A stretch of 56,699 bases of DNA, filler included, from Streblomastix strix (GCA_008636045.1; 3 parts of 3 records of this genome joined end to end with filler, not necessarily neighbours in it); one strand, 5' to 3'; numbered from the whole stretch's first letter, positions 25,775-37,869 are shown. A program made the numbers and translations. Notes: generated by a model not told the origin, from the sequence alone.

Positions 25775-26866
25775 ATGTCAGAAATACTCGATTTAAAAGC
25801 ACTTGAAAAAGAACCAAGATAAGAATTTGAGGCAGAAAAAAGCTAAGGTGCTGGTGGTGCAGGCGGTTTGATGGAAGTTGATGGAATGGAGGATGATTAC
25901 GATTATTATGAATCACAAGCTGCAAAATAAGACAGAATGGAATCACGAGCAAAACCGTTTGGTAGGCTGTCGATCCATCCCAGTATGATTCAAAGAACAA
26001 GAATGCATGCAGGCCCATAATTTAAAGAAGAGGCAGGCGATGTCCTTGCTACACTTGTTGGTTATTTGAACAGAGATATAAAGAAAATTAATAGGTTATC
26101 GTCTGCCGTCAGTGCTCAAAAATATATTGACGATAAACATTTAGGCAAACGATTTAGTGTATTGGAATAGGATTTAGATGATAATGAAGCCACTTCTGAT
26201 AATGTGGTTGTTTTTGATAAGAAAAAGAACGCAATTTATTCAGTCGATGGTTATACAACAGCTGTAGGATTTGGCGACCCAGTACATTAACATAAAAGAA
26301 ATTGGAAGAGAAAATATTTTTCAGATGTTAATGATTTAGAAGGAGCTGCGTTGGCTGCAAAATTAAAGCAATAAAGAATAAAAGGCGGCCCTTACATGAA
26401 ATTGCTATCAATGACTAAGCCGCATAAAGTAAGAGAAATAAAGGATTATAGTTTCAGAGCATTCACCGTTGAAGCCAAAAAATTCATAAACGCTAATGGA
26501 GGCGCATAATTGCCAATGGCTACCAAACAACAAATAATGGCATCTGCTTGGAATTCAGTATTTATTACTCCAGCTGTAGAAATATTAGAAAGATAAGACG
26601 GAAAAATAGACATATATAACAGAAGCAATAAAACTAAATTATAGTAAAGATAATACGAATATTTACCACTTGCTAAAAGATTGTATAAAAAAGAATTGCC
26701 TACCGCTATTGCTCAAATATATACTTCTGATTAACAGATTAATAATAAGATTGGATAAGCTCTTACTCAAGCCATGTAATATTATGGTCAAATTCTAACG
26801 TAGAGATAGCAATAAATAGGTGGTTATGACTTAACTAAATACAAGTTCGTTTAAAATAATCAGTGA
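25775..26866 (+). CDS. 363-aa viral hypothetical protein
   Basis: Intact ORF with TAA/TAG=Gln, MSEILDLKAL..IYSVDGYTT..FVQNNQ*; starts 40 bp from the divergent ATPase. Confidence 0.75.
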
Positions 26867-26903
26867 TTTAGGAAGTTTTATTTTTATTAATTTTTTATCA
26901 ATT

Positions 26904-26993
26904 ATTGGCCAGTTGTCCAGTTGGCCACAGCTTTTTATAAAAGTTTCTGACCCGATACACTCGATGCACTCGGTGCAGCTAAAAGTCATTCAT
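26904..26993 (-). repeat. 90-bp module-boundary repeat, copy 4 (reverse)
   Basis: ATTGGCCAGTTGTCCAGTTGGCCACAGCTTTTTATAAAAGTTTCTGACCCGAT..AAAAGTCATTCAT. Confidence 0.97.
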
Positions 26994-27107
26994 AAACGAT
27001 TCCATTTACGCGTGCCAAAATAATGCTTTTCGTTGAAGTTTTACGACTCAATCCAACCAACAATCCAGTTTATATATGTTAATATTATTTATTTTTATAT
27101 TAAATAA

Positions 27108-30100
27108 ATGACAGATAAATAGGGGTAAGACTCATAAAGACGACACACGCCTCTAATTATGCCTCCGTCAATGACACAAGAATTACCAGAGCTATTACCA
27201 TTAAATTTACCACTTTATCAATCACTCAGATAAACATAACAATAAATGACTTAAATGTAAGACTATATAGGATGGGCGCAAACACGAGATTATTAGCCAG
27301 TGCCATAATTATAAACAGAATAATAATAGGTTTTAATGTAAGATTATATTACGTAAATGTAAGCAGATAATTATTAATTATCGCTAGAATTATAAATGGA
27401 ATAACGTCAAAAATAATTGATATAAATGCAGAATTATATTGCGTAAATGCAAGCACGAAATTATTAATTATCACCTGAATTATCACATGAACTGCAACCC
27501 GAACAAGGCTAAGCTCACGATGTGCGGAGAGAAGATTATCAAATGGATTTAAGGCCTAAAAAATTAACTCAAAATGCTATAAGAAAATTAATGTTTTTAT
27601 ATGACCCTGAAACATAACAGAAAATAAATGTTAATGAATTGAGGTCATAATTTTCATAGTTTTTAGATAAAATCAGTTTAAATCACGGTAGAAACAATAG
27701 AAATATAGTTAGAAATGCAATATTATAATCTGAACCATTTGCAAGACGAATCAGATAAGATATTCAATAAGGCCTTCAAAACGAATAAATTATCGGTGAT
27801 GCTTATGCTAAATAATTTATACAAGAAATGAATAACAAATAGCAAATGAACGCTTAAGACGAATAGAGCCAACAGCATAATTAATAATGGGAGCAAGTGA
27901 TGGAAGATTAGCGAGCCAGACATGCAAAATTATTAAAAGAAATTAAAGAATAAAAAATAAACCTTAAATCAAAATAGAATGAAGATGTATTTAAAAATGT
28001 AAAAGATGAAATAAAATAATTTAATGAAGAAAATGAGGGTAAGATTTTTAGGCCAATTGATGCTCTTAACGTCCTATAGAGCACGATTATGTTATGTGAG
28101 CCACAACTCGAATAAGAATATGAAAGAAGAATTTAATTTGAGCGAAAACATTTATAAAATTAACACGTAAAATATGACCCATTTTATGTTCATACTATCA
28201 GCCCCACAAAAGAATATTACATAAATGACTTGAAAACGATTGAAGATGTCGATGCCTATTTAGATGAAATATATTAGCGAGAATAGAAATTTGCATTCAA
28301 AATTGCATTTGATTTTGGAGTGATTATTGAACGAGTTGATGGCAAAGAAAACGATTAATAAATAACGTATAAAATTATTCATCCCCTTGAAGCTAGAACA
28401 GAGATGAGAGCTCCAACTACTATACGCACGCACTTAGATTTGGAGGATTATAAAAGATACATTAGAAACCACATAATTCAAATGCAAGAGAAAATCATCA
28501 TGGACACGAAAGAGAAAATAATAGGTATATTTTCAATAATGATTTAGGTGTTTCGTCTTCCGCATGCAGGCGCTGGAGGTGGTCGAACAATAGCATCATT
28601 AAAGAAGCACATTATGAGGCGAGAGATTCGATATGTTGACCCTGAGAAAAATAATTAAAATTTATGTTTCTTTCTAGCATATTCATTTATTACGATGCTA
28701 GATATTAAAGCAGATGTTGCTGCTGACGGTTCCGCTATTGCTGCTAAGCGTTATAAGGAACACTCGCGAATTGCAGAAGCAAAACGATTATTTTAAAGAA
28801 TCTCTGGCAAGAAAATCGATGATAATTATTAAGGTTTTAATTATTCAACAGAAGCAAATTAATTTATTTGGAACGAAAATTTAAATATAAATGTGTTCGC
28901 TTATGAAACAGCAACGGAAACAACAACGGAAACCAATCAAGGCAGTTATTATCTATGGAAGCAATACAGAAGAATCGAACAGTACGAATAAACTAAAGAA
29001 TATAATATACTTATAATAACCGATACAATTAACGAAATAGAAACAGCTCACGTTTTTTATATAATTGATGTTGAGGCATTGACGGGTTTAAAATATTGTC
29101 CTATCTGTGGTGTGCAGGCTTATAAGACCAGAGATTCAAATTTATAATCTAAACTAAAGAGGTACATATAAAAATGTTAAAAAAATGGAGGAAAGATAAT
29201 AAAAAAAGTATATTTAGAAAAATTTCCAAGGCCATACGTTCCACATATATTGAATAATATTAGCTATAAGTATCTTTTGGCGCATGATCGAAAGGATGAA
29301 TTTAAACCTACAAAATATTATATAACATATGATATTGAAACCGTAGAAAGAATCATCAATGAACAATTTGGTGATAATTCAAAATAAATTTCAATATTTG
29401 AACCTCTTTCGATTGCAAGCACAATAAAAATAAAAAATAAAAAAATCGACGTTGATGAAGTTGGTTCTATTGATTAAATTTATTCTATTTATTTTGATAT
29501 ACGAACCCCTAACTTCATCAACGTATGGATAAAATAGTTATTTAAGGAAGCCCGAAAAGTTATAGATTCAAACAAATATGAAGATGAGACGATACCATAG
29601 CATTATGAGGTTCCAGTAATTGCGTTCAATTCTTCAAAGTTCGATGTCGCACTAATTCTTAAAAATTTATAAAGCGATGAATGGCAAATCATTAAATATC
29701 TTGGTAGTGGGTCAAACGCTAAATAAATCATTGTTAAGCATAAAATATCAGGTATAAAATTGAGGTTCATCGATGCGATGATTTATTCTACAAAAATGAA
29801 ATTTAAATAATTCATTAAAGACTTCACACCTAAAGCGTCAGCAACATCGGAAAAATCAGAAATTCCAACCAAATTAAAATTTCCATATGAATTCATCAAC
29901 TGCGAAAATTGCAATGAAATATTAAATAGTCCCTAATCATTTCCCTAAAAAGCATTTAATAACACAATTAAAAATAAAAATATAAGTCAAGAAAAATATT
30001 TAAATTATTTAGCTATCGCTTAAAATTATTCGAATGGTTGGGATTACCTCCGACACTATAACCTCTAAGATACCCGCCTAATGATTGAGCACTTTGATTA

Positions 30101-32354
30101 CTTAATTGATATCTTCTTTAATTATAAAATTGACATGTTGCAATTTATGTTGATGTCTGCATGTGCCAATGCTATCAAATATGCTCTTGCTTATTGGGAC
30201 TTCAAACTGGATTAAGATTATACGCCAAAAGATGATTTTGCATCATTTATTTTGACATAAAATTATTGGAACATTAAAGTTTAAAATTATCTTGAATAAG
30301 ATAAGAAAAGAAATAGAGATACAAGCAACAACATCAAAGAATCAAATTGTGCGTTCTGCAGAAAATTATTTCTATCAATAGGATACCACATATGCAAGGC
30401 ACGATTCACAAGCAAGAATCCACGAACATTGGATAGAATCAACAACGACAGGGGCCATTCTACAGATAACGTTAAACCGTGCTGCTTCTTCTGTAATAAA
30501 TTTAAATCAAATAAAGATGAAAATTTAACAAGATTAATAATTCATTAAAGACTTCACACCTAAAGCGTCAGCAACATCGGAAAAATCAGAAATTCCAACC
30601 AAATTAAAATTTCCATATGAATTCATCAACTGCGAAAATTGCAATGAAATATTANNNNNNNNNNTTTCTTTTCTTATCTTATTCAAGATAATTTTAAACT
30701 TTAATGTTCCAATAATTTTATGTCAAATAAAGATGAAAATTTAACAAGATTAATAATTCAATTAAAAAATTTCTGTCTGATGAAGTCGCTACCTATGACT
30801 ATAACTGATGAGGAAATTTATTAAATTTTACGTTCTGGAATCACTGGCGGATTATCATAAGTCATGCATCGCTATAATGTTGCAGGTGAAACTAAAATAA
30901 ATTAATTAAAATTTATTAATAGAAAGGTCATTAGTTAGGACACAGACCACACAATGACCCATCTTTTTACGCTTGATTTCAACTGTTAATATCCCAGCGT
31001 TATGAGTTCAGAGCCGCATAAGTTCATTAAATATTCAGGTAATAAATTATATATGGCGGGGCAAATATTGGATAAAATTACTGATAATTAAACTGCAAGA
31101 AATTTAATTTATAATCCAAATCGATTTAATGACGTTGAAGGAATGCCGCTATTTATCGCAGTTGTTAAAGGACACATCTACGAATAACATATAAATGATT
31201 ATATTAATTTTCTTCCGATATTGAGAAATATTGATATTACGACTGATTAAAAAACATTAGGTTCATACATGTATAATCTATTACTGAAAAATAACATGTA
31301 GCACGATAAAATAGAACGAAAATTAACAAATTTATCATCGGCGCATGGGTAATTCATGTCGTTCAATAATTATTATTTATGGCTTCACAATGATGATTTT
31401 CATTTCATTATTGACGATATTTAATGTATTATAACATTCTCGAAGCACGATAGATTCAATCCATTTGTTAAAAAATTTATGAATCAAAGAATATAAACAA
31501 TCAATGAAAATAATGATAGAAAAAAATAATTCTATAAAATATGCTATGAACTCAAGCTATGGAACTGATGGGATGAATTAAGAAAAATATTCGCAAACGA
31601 AATTGTTGAACACTGATAAGACTTGGTTTTCTCATCTCTAAGGTTCATTCGTTAATGATTAACAATTAACAGATGATTTATATGCTGTATAATTTAATGC
31701 TGAGAGCTGCAACTGCAACACCTGCCTCCATTCTGCTTATTTCGTGTTAGATAGTAGCAAATATTGGCATATAAATTTTATCTATAATTTTATGTATAAA
31801 ACTTTCGATATGAACAAGATGCACTACATTTGTGGTGATACTGATTCGATGACATGGGCAATCAGCGGCAACCCTGATGCAGAAGAAGGATACAGACAGA
31901 AATTTTAATATGTAATCAAGGATTAAAAATTTTTCGATGAAAATTATCTTTTGTTCTTCTGTTAGTATAAATAATTATTAGGAGTAAGTTATGAGGCAGA
32001 AAGAACGGCTTGCATTGCTTTAGCTCCAAAAATACATTACATTTATAATCCTTTACCTAATGAGAATGAAAAGGATTACAATTATTGTTTGAAAGGAATA
32101 ATATAAAAATAAAATGTTCATTTAAATGATGAAGCATTCAAAAATCATTGAATGGAGAATAAATTTATGCTTAAAATATTATTCTTGGTTAAAGAAATAA
32201 ATAAATGTCAAAAATATAAATAAATAAAGTTGGTTTATCATCGATTCATAATAAAATGGTTGTGCTTAAAAATTAGTGTTGAGCTTAATTCCTTTACATT
32301 AACTGATAATAATTGAGTTCAGATAATTATATAATTGCCAATGATGAGCACTGA
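27108..32354 (+). pseudogene. Protein-primed family B DNA polymerase with long N-terminal region and HNH-like insert
   Basis: ExoI YDIET (29328), ExoII FNSSKFD, KFPYE, ExoIII HYNLQD, SGITGG, motif A DFNCQYPS (30975), motif B KI..MNSSYG with a 1-nt frameshift near 31545, motif C GDTDS (31834); local misassembly at 30541-30760. Confidence 0.93.
27253..27490 (+). repeat. Three degenerate ~27-codon Gln-rich repeats in the PolB N-terminus
   Basis: QMQDYIGWAQTRDYQ / LMQDYITQMQADNYQ / QMQNYIAQMQARNYQ. Confidence 0.75.
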
Positions 32355-32405
32355 TGATAGGCACTAATAATTAGCATGAATAGGAGCGATAAATTGAAGT
32401 AGTTT

Positions 32406-32495
32406 GTGAATGGCTTATGACTGCACCGAGTGCATCGAGTGCATCGGGTCAAAAACTTTTATAAAAAGATGTGGCCAATTGGCCAACTGGCCAAT
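32406..32495 (+). repeat. 90-bp module-boundary repeat, copy 5 (forward)
   Basis: GTGAATGGCTTATGACTGCACCGAGTGCATCGAGTGCATCGGGTC..TGGCCAACTGGCCAAT. Confidence 0.97.
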
Positions 32496-32534
32496 AATTG
32501 ATTTCATTAATGCCTTTAATTGTTTTATTTTTGC

Positions 32535-34425
32535 ATGAAATAAAACGTAAAACGAAAATAATTTGTATGAGGAGATACTATAGACCTTCGATCGTGAAAA
32601 ATATCAAAGAGAAGAATATGAATTTGAGGTATAATAAGACATCGATGATAAAGCATAAAAAGTTCATTATAAAATGAGTCTATCAGAGTTCATTAAAAAT
32701 ATCTTTAAAGTTGTAAAGAAGAAACATATTGATGTTATGGTAGAAAAAGCAGATGAAATAATTATTGGAAAACGAACATTGACAGATTGGTATTATTATT
32801 ATATTTCAGTTTAATCGTAATTTGAACCTGCAAAATAAAAAAATAAACAGAAAAATAAATAAATGGAAAAAGAAGTATAATAAGAGGTTTAGACATCCAA
32901 CCAGTAATCTGATTAAGGTGGTGATATGGAAAATATGTCCTATTATCCTTTCAAAACAAAAATTTAAATTGTTTAAAAAAATCAACAAATAAAAATATGT
33001 AATTAATTAAAAAGATTAAGTGCCAGTGAAAGATTATAAATTAAATCCATTATAAAGACTATAACGACTTTATTTCTCTCCAAAGTTGGACAGTTGGGAG
33101 ATAGATATAGTCTTTTCTGTCGATTAAGACTTGCAGGAAAATAATGAGGAATATGATGATGCTATCTTTGAACAAGACGAAATATTAAATGAGAGAGAAA
33201 AATGAAGAAAAACAAATTTGTATCTATTTTACATAAACATTAATACAAAATATTTAGTAGTATATCCATTGATTGATAAATCAGCAGCATAAGTAGTTGG
33301 ATAATTGCAAAAATTAATAAAAAATTATTACGTAAAAAATACAGTCATTATCGGTTAATTCAAAAACCATTTTGCCAAAAAATGGAACTGCGAATTAGGG
33401 ATAATTCGCAGTTTATATACATAAAAAATACTAAAATTTTTATTTTAATTAAAAAATTTCATTTATAAAGTAATAATATAAATAAAAAATAATAAATTTA
33501 TTTTAAATCTAAGTTTTTTATAAAAAATTATTTAAAGTTTTTGGTATATTTTTAATTAGTTAAATTTTATAAAAAGAAATAAAATATTTTATTTTTAAAT
33601 TTAATGTAAATTTGTCATAAATTATTATTTTATTTTTAAAAAAATAGAATTTATAAGGATTTTATAAAAATTTACTGCGAATTACATATTTAGTTACTGC
33701 GAATTAAATGAAAAAATTTATGCAAAAATTTTAAAAATATAGATCATTTAGATTGAATACTGCGAATTAGATCTACTGTGAATTAACAGATATTTGAATT
33801 AACCGGTATTGACTGTATTCGTGGTGATGGAGAGAAAGGATTTAATGGTTCATATTTTGCTTTATTTTGTTCGAAAAATAAAATTAGTGGTTATTTCACT
33901 GATTCAAAATTCATTAATCATAATCGAGTAGTTGATTCGGTTATTCGAACAATAAAGAATGCGTTTGGTTATAAATTTAATTATTTTTCAAAGAATAAAT
34001 AAATGTAAATAGTCGTTGATGTATACAATGATACTCCTCATCTAGCGTTTCAAAATAAATATAGCCCATATTAAGTTCAATTATCACGAGATTTAGAAGG
34101 ATAATATATACGTTCATAAATGAAGAAATTAGAGCGACAATTAGTAAGACAACGATAGCAGGGCATATTATCATTTAAGGCTGGAAATATAATTTAAATT
34201 CATCTTGATTTCTAAAAATCTTAATAAAAATTTATAAAATAAAGAAAAAATTTTAATTAATTAGCGGAGTTTATTAGATATGTAAATGGTAATGTTTTAT
34301 GCAGATTATTGAATCATTCTTAAAAAATAAATAAAATCAAAATATCTTCATATTATTGCAAATATGTTAGAGAAAATTAAGAATCGATACCCGAATATTA
34401 TGCAACAGAGTTTTTATTTAGATGA
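32535..34425 (+). pseudogene. RVE (retroviral-type) integrase, interrupted by a MITE
   Basis: WEIDIVF (33095), YLFYININTKYLVVYPL, N|IRGDGE restored when the MITE is removed, HNRVVDSVIRTIK, YNDTPH; premature TGA at 33203; start uncertain. Confidence 0.85.
33342..33815. mobile_element. 474-bp Tc1/mariner-pogo type MITE
   Basis: TA duplication (33340-41, 33816-17); 23-bp TIRs CAGTCATTATCGGTTAATTCAAA / TTTGAATTAACCGGTATTGACTG (21/23 match); internal CTGCGAATTA repeats. Confidence 0.93.
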
Positions 34426-34475
34426 AACAATAAAAATTTATTTATATAATTTTCAATTTTTTTATTTAAATTAAA

Positions 34476-34808
34476 ATGGCAGATAATCAAGCAATCAATG
34501 AATCAACATAAACGGAATCAACAGCTTCAGCGAAATAAGGAAGACCAAAGAAATATACTGATAAAGAATAGGCAATGATTGCTGCTAGAGAGCAACGCAA
34601 AAATGCAAGAATTAGATACAAATAAAACTAAACAAATTATGCTTCAAAAGTTAATGATATGCAATTATTGATAATCAAAAAACTTAAAAAAATAATTGTA
34701 AATATAAATGATTTGATAACAATAAATGAGTTGATTAAAAAATATGACAATAAAAAAGATACTACTGAAGATGCTAACGAAGACAACAACGAACAAATCA
34801 ACGTTTGA
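34476..34808 (+). CDS. 110-aa basic protein with an AT-hook-like motif
   Basis: Intact ORF; KQGRPKKY followed by a basic helix. Confidence 0.65.
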
Positions 34809-34840
34809 AACATTAAATAAATTTATTTTTTTTCTCAATT

Positions 34841-34930
34841 ATTGGCCAGTTGTCCAGTTGGCCACAGCTTTTTATAAAAGTTTCTGACCCGATGCACTCG
34901 ATGCACTCGGTGCACCCAAAAGTCATTCAT
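34841..34930 (-). repeat. 90-bp module-boundary repeat, copy 6 (reverse)
   Basis: Near identical to copy 4; similarity to the region upstream of copy 1 continues to about 34995. Confidence 0.97.
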
Positions 34931-35413
34931 AACCAATTCCATTTATGCGTGCCAATTTCATATATTTTATTGATATTTTAGGACTCGGTGCAGTCAGTGC
35001 ATAAAAACAAATACATTTTATGTTCAATTTAATAATAGATTTCATCTAAGATTTCTTCAATGAATCCATAAAAATTCAAAATTCAATGTTCAATTTACTA
35101 GGTCGGTAAGACCTCCGCCTACGGCTGAATTCATCAATAATTTTAGGTTTCCGTTAATAAAAACAATCAACTAAATCGATCAATCTTCCTATGTAGTTAT
35201 GAGAATATGGAGAGTGCCATACGTTCAAAAATCATCAACATTAAACAATTCATTAATTTATCGCAATATCCATATTCATTAATCAAATTCAATATTTTTC
35301 AAACAATAATTTTATTTCAAGTATCTTTTTTCATTTGCATTATTTATATTACCATATTTATTTTAAATTATTTATTATCATTATTTATTTTCATTATTTT
35401 ATTTTATTTTTCA

Positions 35414-36505
35414 ATGTGGGGCACTAGCCATATTCTCATAACTACTGAAGATAAAAGAGAAATAATTATTTATACATCAATTTAGAATGTGCAATAAACT
35501 GTGACATATGAAAACAGAATATCATCCTTCAACGAAACTGGTTTATACCCAAGAGATTAGAATGTGGTTCTCAACAACGAAGATGTATTGCAAGATTAAG
35601 AAAATCCGAGATATTAGAACGGAAGATCAAGTCTTAAGTCACCTTAATGTTCAAGAATTATCACTAATCTTAGCGATTCAGATCCATATTAGCTTTCAGA
35701 TCCTGATTATCTACCTGAAAAAGACCCATACATTTACTGTAGCGACTGTGAGGAGTCCGACGATGGCTAAGAATACGATTCTGACTACAATGATTCAAAT
35801 TATAAGAGTGTGAAATCAAATAAAGACAAATCAAAGATAGAAATAAGCGAACTTTCGGAATAAGAATTAAGCACAACAGATTCTGATGAGACCAATCATG
35901 TAGAACAAACAGATCAATCAGATTCAGAATCTAATTTCTTTGAAGAATCAAGCAACAGCAGAAGCAAAAAACCTACTAAAGAAATAAAAGAAAAGAAAAA
36001 AACTCCTTCGGATTTCCAGTAAATTATCTAGATCGCTGAAGAAAACAATTAGTCAATAATAGACAACTAAGCAGGAGGCGACTGCTACTTCAGAGTACTT
36101 TCTGTAGGACTTTATAATACAGAGAATGAGCATATAAATATAAGACAACTTGCATGTGACTATTTGTAAAACCACGCTAGTGATGATGATATTCGAGTGT
36201 AATTTGTGACATAAGCAGAAGCTAAAATTGCAAGGTAATAGAGAGAAATTGGAAATTTCAATCCAATTCCATGGCAATAGAGAGAAAGAGAAGAAACAAT
36301 TGAATAATAAATCATGCGTATGGGTAACGTGCATCAGTGGGCTGATGGTCCAGTTCTTGAAGCTGCCGCAAGAGTAATTGGTAGAAAAGTAACAATTTTT
36401 TTTACCAGATTGGCAATCATACACTCTTAACAATCCAATTCTACTCGCTCCGAGGCTCAATATTACTCTTGCATTCATCAATACATTTTTTTATTATTTC
36501 AAACA
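35414..36505 (+). pseudogene. Transposase-like C-terminal segment + acidic linker + OTU cysteine protease domain
   Basis: One frame: TVTYENRISSFNETGLYPRD; GGDCYFRVLS (Cys 36083), HINIRQLACDYL, WADGPVLEAAARV..RKVTIF; catalytic His not evident. Confidence 0.7.
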
Positions 36506-37769
36506 ATTTACGAGTTACAATTACAGATTCAGTATTTCTTGTTTTTAGTACTTATTTTTGACTTTTATTTTATTTTTCTTATTTTAATATTTTAATACTT
36601 ATATTCTAATCTCAATTACATGATTTATAACTATTAATTTTTATATAATGGCTTAAATCACTGGGATGAAATTTATTTTAATAAACCTGCATATTTCACT
36701 TAAACTAGCTCTGATAATCGTTTTATTTTTATTGCAATCCAAATATATTCTATGGTAGTAATTTATTTTATTGCGCACTTATATAATTTTTACATAATCG
36801 GCACATTCAGATTTTTTAATTAATTTTTTTATGGTTTTATTTTTCTCTTTTCTCAACCAAATAATTTTTCTGACTTGAACTGATATGTTTATCAATATAT
36901 GGAACATTTAAACTTTATTTTTATATTAGTGAAATTTTTGTCTTTGATTTATTTAACTATGTCGTGACTATTTTTATACATTTTTTAGTTTAAAAGTTCC
37001 AATAAAACCACACTGAATAAATATAATGCATATAATTTGAATTTTATTTTATTAGTATATATGAAGTATATATGAATCTATTTATTTTTTTCTTAAATAC
37101 ACTCGGTTCATTCGTAAAATCGAAATTAATAAAAATAATTTAAATTTTTCTAAATACTATATTTTGAAATAACCCTAAATCACTCTCTTTTCATACCAGT
37201 ATTAACTTTAAGCTTTTAATTCAATGGTCTTTTTATTTATTGCTATGCATAAATACAATACAATTATATCTTATATATACATTTGCATGTTAAGGCCTGG
37301 AACATCATTTTTTTTTATATAGAACCATGAATAAACAGCACTTCAGCCACAGGATCTAATCTGACACTACAACCTTAACAAGCTTATATTTTAATTTAAT
37401 AAAATTATTCATTTATAGCTACAAACTTAATGCGAAAATTTTTTACACTAAAACACGAATTACTCACAAAATTTTAATTAATTTTTATTTTTTTTATTTT
37501 TTTCTTTTTATTAAGTATGTATACTGACTAAATATGCTCTGGTGACGATATTATTATAAGTTTGATTAGATTAGGAATAACTTTATATTTTTTATCTTTT
37601 CTTCTTTTTCACAAATTATAGATATCGTTGATGAAGGTAATATTCGTTCTAAATTTGAACCGTATCAAAATGAATATCTTGATCTCAAGATTTTGAAGAT
37701 CTAAAGCTACATTGATCGTCCATAGAACTTAAAATTTTGTGTTGTCTATGAAAATGATATTTCGAGATT

Positions 37770-37869
37770 NNNNNNNNNNNNNNNNNNNNNNNNNNNNNNN
37801 NNNNNNNNNNNNNTTAATTAATTAANNNNNNNNNNNNNNNNNNNNNNNNNNNNNNNNNNNNNNNNNNNN
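37770..37869. other. Assembly spacer N44-TTAATTAATTAA-N44
   Basis: Same artificial linker as at 18839. Confidence 0.97.

Larger units (their letters stand above)
18939..35125. mobile_element. Endogenous Polinton/Maverick-like dsDNA virus; left end cut by contig edge, right end approximate
   Basis: Dense intron-free cluster with pPolB, RVE integrase, A32-like ATPase, probable capsid genes and KilA-N. Confidence 0.88.

Noticed and set aside
23011..27110. TAAATG at several viral start codons, like poxvirus late promoters
   Set aside because: Expected by chance in such AT-rich DNA and close to the general AAAATG start context
30541..30760. Direct copy of 29811-29924 and inverted copy of ~30250-30313 around a 10-N gap in PolB
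   Set aside because: Local misassembly; the PolB sequence resumes correctly after about 30760
20401..34930. CRISPR-like or artefactual reading of the 90-bp repeats
   Set aside because: Spacing is 0.5-5.4 kb with genes between and alternating orientation, and there are no cas genes; the copies differ by substitutions and sit at gene boundaries, unlike the exact chimeric fold-backs
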